NCBI GenBank assembly: GCA_004764695.1
Contig: SMSO01000004.1
Location: forward strand, 1,426,001-1,490,000
Origin: Schizochytrium sp. TIO01
Taxonomy: Eukaryota > Protista > Bigyra: Labyrinthulomycetes
Length of the DNA stretch: 64,000 bases
Direction of reading: 5' to 3'
The translations under genes were made by a program, and so were the position numbers. This document shows, one piece after another, positions 50,001 to 61,832 of the stretch (position 1 is its first letter; every line of letters begins with the position of its first letter). The notes beneath the pieces are model-generated. The model searched no databases. It was not told the origin of the DNA and saw only the letters and a program-made list of their open reading frames with translations.

Positions 50001-53000
50001 ATGCATCCCTCATTGTCCACCCGCTTGTACATGCTCTAGAAGATTGTCGTGCGCGATCAACATCTCAGACCATTCAACAGGAAGAACTCCCACCCACCGC
50101 ACCCAAACCGACAAATAGTCGCATACTACGAAACATTGGAGAGAGGAACTTGTTCATCTGGGTAATGAAGGCTCTCAACGCGCTCGTATTCCGCCTCGAG
50201 GAAGAGTTTGCAGTCTACACTGGTATGGTAGAACGCGCCTTGGGGGAAATAGTTGCATCTGGATTACTCATGACACTTCCTAATTCCCCACATTCCACAA
50301 CTGGCATCGTGGGCCAAGAGGGTGCTCTTATCGAGTCATATCTTGCAATTATCAATCGTGTTCTACGAGGCCAATCGCTGGCACGACCATCATGGTGCAC
50401 TTCTGAAGATGTTTCAGAGCTTTTGTATTTGCAAAGCCCTTCCAAAACAGATCAGACACGGCACATTCGTACGCAGTCTATGGTTAGGGCGCACAGTATG
50501 GACCTCAGTCAGCTCAAACCTGCGTGGCATACTGCCCAAATTAGCACCGAAGATGAATGGCTCGAGTGGATGCGCCGTTTTGCACTTGCTCTTTTACGTC
50601 AGTCTCCTATTGAGGCTATATATGTGTGCTATCCATTGGCTCAGGTTTATGAGCCTGTAGCAAATGAGCTTTTCAATGCAGCCTTCTTGTCTTGCTGGGA
50701 TAATCTTGAAAACAGCGCACGCGACAATCTTGTGGATCAGATTGAGCTTGCTCTAAAATCACCAAAGATTCCGAAGGATCTCTTGCAGGTGTTTCTTAAT
50801 CTCGTTGATTTTATGGAACACGACGATAAGCCTTTGCCCATTGATATACGCGTTTTGAGCAACGTTGCGATACGTTGCCAGGCGAATGCCAAGGCTCTCC
50901 GCTTCAAAGAACTGGAGTTCCGGACCGTCCCTGAAGATTGTATTGAAAAACTCATCAACATCAACAATAATCTGGAAATGCATCATGCTGCTGCAGGTGT
51001 GGTGCTGTATGCGCGGTCTCACTTTTCTGAAACTACCGAAGTTAAGCCTCTTTGGTATGAACGTTTGCAGAAATGGGATGAGGCTCTCCATGCTTATGAT
51101 CACAAGCTTCAGCAACTGGATCGAAATATCGACTCACGGTATCAAGCTACTCGTTTGCCTGTGAAAGAACAGCTCAATCTCAATATAGGTCGTCTGCGGT
51201 GCCTCAACAAAGTTGGCGGGTGGAACACTGTCTTGACTTTACTAGATGATCATTGGGGGGAACTGCGCGACATAGATTTTCGTCTTGGACAATACGGGTC
51301 TGTTTCTGATGCATCAATTGAGTCGCCCATATCACGACCGGTCATGCAAGATCCCTTTTCCGCCACTGGAAGCAATTCTGCGTCATCTCCTATTGGCAGC
51401 CCTCCTGTCCAATCTCATTTTCTTCCCAAGTTCAGGGGCTCCACGGATCACATGTCTATTTTGGACCCTGCGTTACAAGGTATGGAGATTCCGACAGGAC
51501 GACGTCGTTCGTTAGATGAAGGTCCATCTAGCGCAGCTTCAACCTTAGGTCAGCCAATTGGGGTTCTAATGCGTCATCGTTCTCATGCCTCATCATCAGT
51601 GGTTTCCTACACCACAGATGAGGATCTCTCAGAGTCCAGGCTTGGAGCAATTCGTACTGCATATGAAGATGGTGTATCACACGACATCCACGATTTGATG
51701 CACTTGTTTGGAAAAGGAACCAATGGAAATGACATAGAAGATCGCATCTACTCATCAATGGCAAACCAGCCTCTAGCAAATGCGCCACAGCCTCTTCCCG
51801 GCTTGTCTGCTCCAAACAACACTGGTTATACCGTCCCCGATGAAGCCTACATTGGTGCTGTCAAGGCGACAAGCCCGTTTGAATTAAATAGCACAGACGC
51901 ATTGAGCCCTGTTTCACGCGATATTAACGACTATTACAGGGGTCTTGGAGCATTTAGTAAGGTCGTGACAAACCAGATTCAAAACGCTCGAGCAAAGCAA
52001 AAGGAGCCCCCTGAGCTGTCAGGATACACCCAAGAGGTTTCGCAACGCTCTGGTGACTTGGAGCAGAGTTCCGAGTCAGACTTGCGCTGGTATGCGCAAA
52101 AACTTGCTACCATTGGTGGGCTAGCTTCCTATGCTCTCGGAAAGTGGGAGAATATGTCACGCTTTTCTCCATATTGGAACACAAATCGTACAGATGGCTG
52201 TATGCTAAACGTTATCCTCGCGCTCCGTGAGGATCGGCTAGAGCATGCACAAAGATTCATAGACCGTGCCTATGCTATTCTTGACAAGGCACTTTCATCT
52301 CTTGTCACAGAGAGTTACAATCGCGCGTACCCCCATCTCATTCAAGTTCAACATATGGTTGAACTACAAGAAATTCTTGACTACAAGAAGCTTTTACGCC
52401 AAGAGAATCATGAAGAAGTCAAACTGTACATGAACCGTCTGCGTCGGGTATGGTCTTCTCGCTTGCAGGGCGTTCAAGATACAACTTCCTCGTACATGCT
52501 GATCCTTGCGTATCGTTGTTTGATCGTCGATCCAATCGACGACCTGGACACTTGGCTGCACTTTGCAAAAATTGCTCGAAAAGAAAACTTGTTGAATGTA
52601 TCGCTCCAGGCTTTGATGCGTCTCGGCATCGGCTCTGAGTTGCTAAAGAAACGTTACAATACGCATGAAAAGGTCTCAGTCTCTGCAACACAGGAAGAGC
52701 ACGTCCCCAGCATCATAACTCTACTCGATATCGAGGACAATGTTACATCTGACTTTCAGTACTTTCAGAAGGAAGACATGGCCTTCCATTTGATTGCGCC
52801 CAGTGAACGTGGGCGTGCTCGTCTTCAAGCTCATAATTTTCGTGTAAAACCACGAGTAGCATTTGCTTATATAAAGTATATATGGGCCACAGGCGAGCAT
52901 ATTGAAGCCATCCATAGGCTTCGTAGGCTTCGTATTGTGCTTTTGCGATATATTGAAGCAGATCACCCATTGGAACTAGCGGGGCAAGAGAGTTCAACGC

Positions 53001-55960
53001 CAAACACTTCATTCATGACCGGTTATAATGAAGGCACTGGCCCAAAAATGTCTGGCTCAACAGGCCTCGATGCAAAGCTCGGTTCTTCGAATCACTCCAT
53101 GTTAAAATCTGCAGTTTCTGTAGATGATGCCGAAGAGGAGGAAGGTGGAGATGTTTTTGAAACAGACTCTCGTGCTGACTTTAAAAAGGGAGACCAAAAG
53201 TTATCTTTAAATATCTCTGAATTAGATCAACTCCGTGCAGAGATGCACGCTGCTGACGACGATGCTGCAGATAAATATTATACGCCACGTTTGGAGGAAA
53301 CTGATGAAGATTTGGAGCAGTTCTTTTGGGCTGATTTGCATGCACTAAATATAAGTTTTGATCGAAAGCATGTACTGCGGAAGCTCCTGGTGCAGTGTAG
53401 CAATAAGCTTGGTTCTTGGCTTGTTGCAATCAACGACAAACAACAACATTTGACCTCACACTCTCGCGTGGATGGCCCCGGCCCCTCATCACCAGTTTCT
53501 TCACCATTGCATAGCCGAGACCGTAAAACTCTACAGGGGCAGAATTGGCAACAACAGTCCATGCGTAGCACAGGTGGTGCCAGCCAACGCAGAATATCCC
53601 CACCTAGTTCGCCAGAGAGATCCTGGTCTAAGCAGCCAAGAGCACTCCGGGGAAGATCACGTCAAGCGCGTATGTCTATCACTACAAGCATTCACAATTC
53701 TTTTGACTCGTCTGGCGCTCGTCCTGGAAGTATGCTCCTGCGCAACCCAATTCATCTTGAACAGCAAAGTGCACAGGTTTTTTCCCAGGTATTACAATGC
53801 TATCGTGCTGCAACTGAGCTTGACCCAAACAACTATAAAGCATGGCATGCTTGGGCTCTTGCAAACTTCCGTGTCTCAGTTTCGCCAAACCTGGTTAACC
53901 CGCGAAGTAACGGGGTAGAAGAAACCTCGGAGGGCGGTGTGAATGATGCACTTCATCAAGACCGAAAACAACATGTTGTTCCTGCCATCAAGGGCTTCTT
54001 TAGGTCAATTGCCCTTGGGCGTCACTCGGGTGCAGATGTGCTGCAAGATATCTTGCGGCTGTTGACATTATGGTTTAGTCACTTTGACAACCGTGATGTA
54101 GAGCGTGCGATTCGTGAGGGCTTCAGTACCCTAGATATAGATGCATGGCTAGGAGTCATTCCTCAATTGATTGCACGTTTGAAGACTCGGGGAGATTTGG
54201 TGTGCGAGTTGCTCCTTCGGATTGGCGAGGCTCACCCTCAATATTTGATTTATCCTTTAACCGTTGCATTGAAGTCTGACGATAGCCCTGCAAGGGCTGA
54301 TGCAGCAAAATATGTGATGAGAGGTCTTCGAGACCTGTACCCAGAGCTTGCTGATGAGGCTTCGATTGTCTCCCGAGAGCTCACACGTATTGCTGTACTA
54401 TGGCATGAAAAGTGGTATAATCTTTTGGAAGACGCATCCCGGGCTTATTTTTCTGAAAAACCAGATATTGCAGGAATGGTTAGCATTTTAATTCGTGGGC
54501 ATGAAGAAATGGAGTCGGGCGCCCAAACGCTTCACGACGTAGCCTTTGTGCAAGCCTATGGGTTGGATTTGCAAGAAGCTAGTGAATGGCTGTACCGATT
54601 CGTTAAGTCTGGCAACAAAAACAAGACATTCTTAGATCAGGCTTGGGATTTATATTATGGTGTGTTTCGAATGATTAAGCAGCAACTTCAGCACAAAAGC
54701 ATGGAGCTGCGCAATGTATCGCCGATCTTGTTACAAGCACGGGATCTACAGCTCGCAGTTCCAGGAACGTACCAAGTCGGGGCCCCAGTGACGCGTATCG
54801 CTCGCTTTGAACCATCTGTTCGTATAATTAGCTCTAAGCAGCGCCCGCGTGTTATCACAATAGTTGGTTCTGATGGATTCTCACACATGTTTTTGTTGAA
54901 GGGTAACGAAGACTTGCGTATGGATGAACGTGTGATGCAGTTGTTTGGTCTTGTGAACGGTCTTTTGCACTTGGATGAGGACACCAGCAAGCTAGGTCTC
55001 GAAATTCAGCGATATGCTGTGGTTCCATTGCCTTCGACCTCTGGTATTGTTGAGTGGGTGCCGCAGACTGATACTCTTCATCGTCTCATCGAGGAGTACC
55101 GTGAATCGCGGAATATCCCAGTTCAAATTGAGCAGAAACTGATGAACGAACTCTCTTCGCGTTATGATGAGTTGACAGTTATGCAAAAGGTTGAAATCCT
55201 AGAGTACGCCCTCAACAACACATCTGGTCAAGACCTTGCGCGTATTTTATGGCTAAAGAGTCCAAATTCCGAAGTATGGATTCAGCGCCGCACAAACTAC
55301 ACGCGATCTTTAGCAGCCATGTCGATGGTGGGCTATATTCTCGGTCTCGGTGATCGCCATCCATCAAATCTCATGCTAGAGCGCAATTCAGGTCGCATAT
55401 TGCATATTGACTTTGGTGACTGCTTTGAAGTGACCATGCATCGCGAGAATTTCCCAGAAACTGTTCCGTTTCGGCTCACACGCATGCTGGTCAAGGCTAT
55501 GGAAGCCTCTGGTCTTGACGGTACCTTCAGGCACACTTGCCATGCCGTTATGCATGTCCTGCGAGAAAATCATGAATCGATTCTTACTATGCTAGAGGCC
55601 TTTGTCTACGACCCGTTGGTATCATGGAGAATTTTACATCCGGATCAACAGCATCAAGTTAAGGATGACGAACTGGAGGCTCAATCAAACGGCGAATCTG
55701 GTGCAGGGAACAGTTTCATGGCCACCACTGAATCTTCCGTTCCTCTACTTGGTGGTGAGGTGGATTCTTCGTTAAACCAGCGTGCCGTTGATATTATTGA
55801 TCGTGTACGTAGCAAACTCTATGGCACTGATTTTCATGCGGATGATGAAGCCGAAAATTCTCCCTTGACAGTCAAGCAACAAGTGGAGAAGCTGATCAAC
55901 CAGGCCACCTCTCACGAAAACCTTGCTCAGCTTTATCGTGGTTGGTCTGCTTGTTGGTAA
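44053..55960 (+). CDS. TOR: Target of rapamycin kinase (PIKK); predicted exon 1 44053-44118, intron 44119-44461, exon 2 44462-55960; ~3,850 aa
   Basis: HEAT repeats (RFAAVLMLKEFALNAPTLF), FAT, FRB (WHEKW..LEDASRAYF...QAWDLYYGVF), kinase (SKQRPR, LLKGNEDLRMDER, GLGDRHPSN, HIDFGD) and FATC. A phase-0 GTAATT...ATAG intron joins MADLVQSFMPLTKDISGIFGST to ALRTKNKDDR. Exon 1 is inferred. Confidence 0.97.
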
Positions 55961-56271
55961 ATCTAATTTCCAAATGTATTATTCTGATAGTGACGCATGC
56001 AAGAGAATATGCGACTATATATCATATATAACCCATGTTCATTTTCTTTTGCTATTTTTGATTTATTTGTATAGTAATTATGGTTGTTATAGAGGTTCTA
56101 GCCCTGCATATAATCAACGAAAAGCTAGGTGCAGTTAGTGCTACATTCCTCCTATTACTGTATACTTGTTTATTTAACTTACTCGCCCTTGGTTATTTTA
56201 AGTGGTAAACCCCTATCAACGACTAGCTTCAGCGGAACGGGAGACGCGCGACGAGGAAGTGCAGTGCAAGG

Positions 56272-56990
56272 ATGCAGGATAAGAGACGTGCGAAGCGCGT
56301 GCGGTTTAACTTACCTACCGAGGGCGAGAGGCGAGGGGCGAATGAAGAGGACGCGATGTGTGGTCCCTCCATAGAGACAGTATGCCCAATCCATGGCGCA
56401 GCCCAAGAATGTTGTGGATATCATTGCAAGGAAATCAAACAACATTCAGTGATCACGCGGCAGTCAATCAGTGATCGAACACTAGCTCTTAACAGAGATA
56501 TTTAAAGATCGATCGCACAAATCCACAAGAATGTATCATTTTCTGTCAAAAGATGACGCAGTTATACATCGATAAGGGGCTGCTTGAAATTGGGATCCAG
56601 GGGAATGGAAATAATGTTATCATGGATCACGAAACTGAAGAATATACCACAGCAGAGTTGCGAAAAGATATCAAGGAACTTGGTGATTATAGAAGAAGTG
56701 ACAAGTTGAAGAAACTGATACATGAATATCTCATTCTCCGGGAAAACTATACAAACCGTACCTTCCTTCGTGAGAAGAACGCATTTTCTGTTTATGTAGA
56801 AATGGTATCAGCTTCAGAAGACCTTGGTGATCAAATTGAGCAGACGATGCTACGCGAGGCAACTGGGTATGTGATTTCTCAGAAATATTCAGAATCCGCT
56901 CGGCGTGTCAGGAATAGGGAGTTTGAAATCAACTTTCTGTTTTCTTACTTTTCACCCATGGAATTAGGATGTATTTTCGAGACAGCGTAA
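56272..56990 (+). pseudogene. Small hypothetical gene split by a -1 frameshift near 56500 (ORFs 56272-56505 and ~56493-56990)
   Basis: The downstream frame is open before ATG 56553 (RYLKIDRTNPQECIIFCQK) and overlaps the end of the upstream ORF; both parts read as protein-like. Confidence 0.4.
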
Positions 56991-57264
56991 CAATTGCTTT
57001 TTTCAATAAAAGGTAAAATATAGCATTTTAATTTTAATTTTAATAAAAAATGTTAATAATTCAAAACAAAAAACAAACTAGAAACAATGGTTTCAACTAC
57101 ACTTACATTAACTAAAGAAACTAAAACTGGTTCCAATATGCCCTTAAGGTTTTTAACAGACCTACCTATTAATTAGTACCTGCGTTGATCACGAATTTGA
57201 TCATATCTGCTTACACAAACGAAAGATCTAGTCACTGAAACGATTTACACTCCCTCGCTCTATT

Positions 57265-57379
57265 CCTACCCAGTTATTTTCGTCTTACCAAACTCATAAT
57301 AAAGCCATCCCAACTATTTTCTCCTATGAGAGTGCTACCAGGCCTCCTAATAAACCGTCCTAACTATTTTCGCCTATGA
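57265..57379. repeat. Degenerate ~51-bp direct repeats (TAATAAA..C.TCC.AACTATTTTC.CCTATGA), two copies plus one partial
   Basis: Copies at 57297-57329 and 57348-57379; partial at ~57265-57287. Confidence 0.7.
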
Positions 57380-57490
57380 TACATTAACCCGGTACTATAT
57401 TATAAAGTATTCATCTATCTATGAATTAGTTATATTATACCATTATCCCGAAGGTTTAGCTTCACAGCAGACCCGAAACGCGCTGGCAAA

Positions 57491-59547
57491 ATGCGTAGAT
57501 TTTCAACTACTTTGATACAAGCCGTGAGGGGGAAGATCAGTTCCCCCAACGATCCTAGTGCCCAATTCAGACCTGTGGAACATTTTCAAGAGCTGGCTTT
57601 GAGAACCATCGAGGGGAATAAAGCAGACATCGCGAAGGCGTAGATAAGTCAGATGCACTACTGGAAAAGCTCTACAATCAAAGGTTTGTCTATGAGGGTA
57701 AAATTAGTGAAATAAAAGGCTCGTTTAATAGGCAAGTGTCAGAAGAAGATGCTCATTTTATTAGAGCGCGTGTATCAACCCTTCGTGATAATGTGTCAGA
57801 CGATGAGTTTAAAGATCATGTTCGACAGCTACATGGCAAAGACAGGCGACAATTCATGCGGGCGTTGCTAACCTTTGAAACTATCTGTAAGCAAGAAAGT
57901 TTCCTACAGCAAACCCTCGATGGTATATCTGCCACAGAAAGCAAATGGGGGAAACTTTTTGACAAAATTGCAGACCTTGAAAAGATTAATAAAGAGCTGC
58001 TGCTGGGCGCTATGAACGAAAGAATATCCCCCGCTCCTGTTATCGATGCCTTAAGCACGGAATGTCCAGTCTTGGTTCAAACCGATCCAGGCCAGTCCAA
58101 TCCAACAGATCTTTCTAACATGAAGAACTACTATGTTACACCTGTGATAGTACGTGATTTGCCTATAAGTTCATTCGTGAGCTATTGCAAGGCAAAACAT
58201 TACATTGAGCGCCTCAAAATGAACCATACAACCCACAACGTGGAGAATATGATGAAAATTCTACAAACACGTAGATTAGGTGCCGAGGCGTCGATTATCG
58301 TACCATTCGGTGGCATTTTCAGTATAGTTGAACAAGCCTTAAAAGGGGAAAAGGATCCTGCTCTCCCCAAGGAAATCGTTCTTCTTGTCGGTAACACGAG
58401 ACATATTGTAGGCAATGCAGACTTTGGTATACTTTGTCGTAATCACGATCCAGATGCTGAAGAGGAACCAGTGATTGTTGGCAAATTTAAAGGTCCTGGT
58501 TATTTATTCGACAGTCTCGCTGAGCACTTTTGTGACGAAGGATGTCAAGATGAAGCTTGTGAGTCGCAGCGGCATACAAGAGACTCAATTATTCGCCAGT
58601 TGTACAATTACATGGTACGAAACGGTGTCTTTGTTGGCATCTACACCAACTATAAGCAGACGTTTGGGTTATACAGAGACTGTTCAGGAAATTTGCTGAT
58701 CACTACTCCTATTTCGGAAAACACCGAGGGGAATATAGAGCAGGGCCAGGTCAGCGTGCTGCAGTTTCTTGCACTCAGTATTATGATTGCCTACGATGGT
58801 GCGGTACCCGAATTCAAAGGTAGCGGTATAGATGGTTTGCTTATACCCTGTCCAGATGGTCATGAAGGTGGTCCTTGTCAAGGTCACAAAAAGCTACCAG
58901 ACGCTTGCAATGCGAAAAATGACCGCAAAAAAGATAGCCATGAAACTCATAATTCTCCACCGGAAGATAGCTTCATCGCTTTACACCTGACTTTAGATGG
59001 AGAGCCATTGTACTACATTGATCTGCACGATCGGGAGCATCTAGCACATGGGTCCACGGGTCAAGCGGTGCGTGCTCAGATACCCCTGAAGTCAGGCGAA
59101 GTAGACACCGTGTTGAAGATTTTGGACACGTTTAAGCAGCAAGAGAAGGTACCTGAACTTAAACATGAAGCTTCAATCTACAGGGAACTTGCCTCGCTAC
59201 AGGGCGAATGCATCCCGGAGTTTGTCGATATTGGTTACTTTAGGGAGGGTTTTCTATACGCCCTTGGTACTGTCTATTCAGGTGAGAATGTTTCGAGTGA
59301 GGCAACTTTCAGTGGCGAGTTCGTGGACAAGGCCGTTGAGTCTCTAGTCAAAATTCATGACCATGGTGTTTTACACGGCGATTTGAGCAAGAACAATATT
59401 CTTCGTCACAAAGAAACAGGAGAACCTGTGTTCATCGACTTTGCTTTTGCCCAGCGCGCTGATACTATGAGTTCAGATGACTTCGAGAAGTCTAGGGAAG
59501 CGGAGTGTAGGGAACTTCGAAACATACTGACTAAATCTAGTAACTGA
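57491..59547 (+). CDS. Crinkler/Spok-like protein: coiled coil + PD-(D/E)xK restriction-endonuclease-fold domain + Cys/His cluster + C-terminal kinase; 5' frameshift near 57637, so possibly a pseudogene
   Basis: REase motifs 'GNADFGIL...PVIVGKFKGP...IIRQLYNYMVRNGVFVGIYTNYKQTF'. Kinase motifs 'LAHGSTG', 'VLKI', 'LKHEASIYRELASLQGECIP', 'HGVLHGDLSKNNIL' and 'FIDFAFA'. The main frame is open from ~57621; the ATG 57491 frame stops at 57641 and needs a -1 shift. Confidence 0.8.
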
Positions 59548-59667
59548 TAGTCCCTACCTTCTTCAAGATGGATAGATAAATAAATGAATAAAATCTTCAA
59601 AAGTTCGTTTGATTGAGAGTATTAACTTATTAACTTAGGCTTCAAGTTAAGGAATTGTAGATAAAAA

Positions 59668-59900
59668 TTTAAAACCCTCGTACCGACTGGGGTTTAAAAC
59701 TCGATTAGCTGATTATTAGTTCTCACTGGGGTTTAAGAGTCTAAAATAGATGACAATTAGTTCCACGGAGGGTTTAAGAATGGATTAGCTAATTATTAGT
59801 TCCCACTAGGGTTTAAGAGTCTAAAATAGATGACAATTAGTTTCACGGAGGGTTTAAGAACAAAGTGGTTGACTATTAGTTCCTACTGGGGTTTAAGAGT
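59668..59900. repeat. Tandem array of six ~40-bp units (80-bp higher-order dimer) preceded by an inverted copy of the core that forms a hairpin
   Basis: Units start at 59686, 59725, 59765, 59805, 59845 and 59885 with core ATTAGTTCYCAC(TG/GGA)GGGTTTAAGA. TTTAAAACCCTCG-TAC-CGACTGGGGTTTAAA lies at 59668-59698. Confidence 0.9.
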
Positions 59901-60327
59901 ATTATAAAATCGCATTATTTTATTCCTCTGGCATCACACGTTCAAGGAAAGGAAGATTATTTGTTGGATGGGGTTTTGCGCATTCTTCTTGATATGAAAG
60001 ATGACACATTCTTCATTGGATGGAGACACTGTCGATTGATGAATTTGATTTCTTCAAGCTTCCTATGCTTGATGACGTCGCATTAGATCAAAACCTCTCG
60101 GTAATTGGGTAATTGCCTAATCGAACTACTGTTAATTAATTAAAGAAGTTAAAGTCGAATTTGAGCAATTGAAAACAAAAATTAGTTCATTTCTTGAAGG
60201 TCCAGTCAAGAGTCGTTTTCGAGAGTGTGTGATTGTCTTTAATCTGAATACGACTTTCGTGCTTAATGCACAACGCCAGGCGGAACACAGTCTTCTATTG
60301 TCAGCATTACTAATCACGAGGATAAGA

Positions 60328-61832
60328 CTATATAACGGTGTACTCCCCAGAAGGTCCCCTTGGATTATTGTTAGCATGAGATACAGACTCTTCGTCATCA
60401 CTCACAGGCGAAACAACTGAGCTGCCTACAGAAGCAGGTGGCCTGGGCATTGTGTAGTCAGTATTCCGGGATGAGGGGAAGCTATGATAACCAGATCCAC
60501 CTGAGGAAAACCCAAGCAAGTTTTTGACCCAATCGATAGTAACAGCTACAGCATGTACCAACAAAGCAGGCAGGGCACGCCAAAACTCAATATGAGGGAC
60601 TGCTTCAAGGCCATCACGACCCTCATTGTGCATGTTCAGACAAATGCCAATTACGCAGTACAAAAAGGTACCCACAAGAAGGAGAGTCATGAAAATGGAA
60701 AAACCACCAGATCGCTTGGAGGTGCTATGAGCAGAAGTGCTCGACGGTGAAGGCTCAGACGGGGACGATGAGGAAGCTGACGGGACCCTAGCACTGCCTC
60801 CTGCTGAATCCTCCGAGCCTGGGTTAATCAATGACGAGTCCCCATCGCTTACAGGTGTCCCGCATGCGGTCTTAGAGCGGAATTGAAAGACCACGCCACA
60901 TTGCGAAGCCACAGTAACCGACTCTAGATATGTGTTTGCATTTTCAGAATCATCGCACTTCAACTGTAGTGTAGCAGTACGACCTTGCTCACATAATCCA
61001 TCGCTTGGACCGTGGTAAGTAGTCTCTACACCAGCACCAGCATTTCCATTAATACCGCGCCATGGCTGCTCGTTCTGTAAAAGGCCCCAGGATTTGCACG
61101 ACTGATAATCGACGCTTACTGCAATGGCGTCAGGGTGATCAGCACAAGGCCCTTTCTCTGTCACTCCAGCGATTACCGGTTCGCATACATTAACGTAAAA
61201 GATGGCAGAGAGCTGTTGATCAGACATGAATTTTTGGTATGGAGGAAGCCTGTATTTTCAGAAATGCGTTGTCGCTGGCATTGGAAAATCCGTACAATAT
61301 TGTAAAGTTGTGGTTATCAGCATGCAATTAGCACACACAGCTTGTAAGTCATCGAAACACATTATTTTCTCCAAGTTTAAAGCACAAAAATTCAACATTG
61401 ACAATGATCCTACTCTTTTCGAAGTCTTGTCGAGCTCATTTAAATTGTGATAAAATGCCTGCTCTATCCAGGAATTCATAAATGATTTATCAATATAGAA
61501 ACGATTTGAATCCTCATTTTCTATTATGCTTTTTTTGGCAGCCCTAGCAGGGTTCTTTCTCCTACCCATTCAACAAATTTCGATGGGAACTTTCATGGTT
61601 TTGACTCAATTACCAACTCTCAATGAGACGCCTTGCAGTGTCCTTTCCTTCACTCTTTCCTCACCAAAACATCCCATTCCCCCCATCATGAGAGAGGTCA
61701 ACGACCACTTTGGACGTACTCTTTCCGGGCCTTAGTAAGGTCAAACGAGAGACCATCCACGTTGAAGCTACAAACGTTTCCACTCGCAGAGGCCACAGTG
61801 GCCAGCGCCACAGTTGCTGCAAACAACCTCAT
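60328..61832 (-). CDS. MRH-domain type I membrane protein (cation-dependent M6P receptor / ATG27-like); exon 1 61832-61720, intron 61719-61250, exon 2 61249-60328
   Basis: Signal peptide MRLFAATVALATVASAS, then 'CSFNVDGLSFDLT'. A phase-2 GTACGT...TACAG intron joins it to 'ELPPYQKFMSDQQLSAIFYVNVC'. MRH Cys pattern, TM segment, 'GRDGLEAVPHIEFWRALP' tail motif and C-terminal YTVI (YxxPhi). Confidence 0.88.

Noticed and set aside
56495-56510. TTTAAAG slippery heptamer at the junction of the two small ORFs
   Set aside because: It is in the wrong phase to join the two ORFs by -1 programmed frameshifting; a simple indel is more likely.
59686-59900. CRISPR-like appearance of the 40-bp array
   Set aside because: The variable parts are only 15-17 nt and recur (80-bp dimer), the repeats are degenerate, there are no cas genes and the context is eukaryotic.
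61258-61569. 103-aa minus-strand ORF
   Set aside because: It lies within the predicted intron of the MRH gene and has no motifs.
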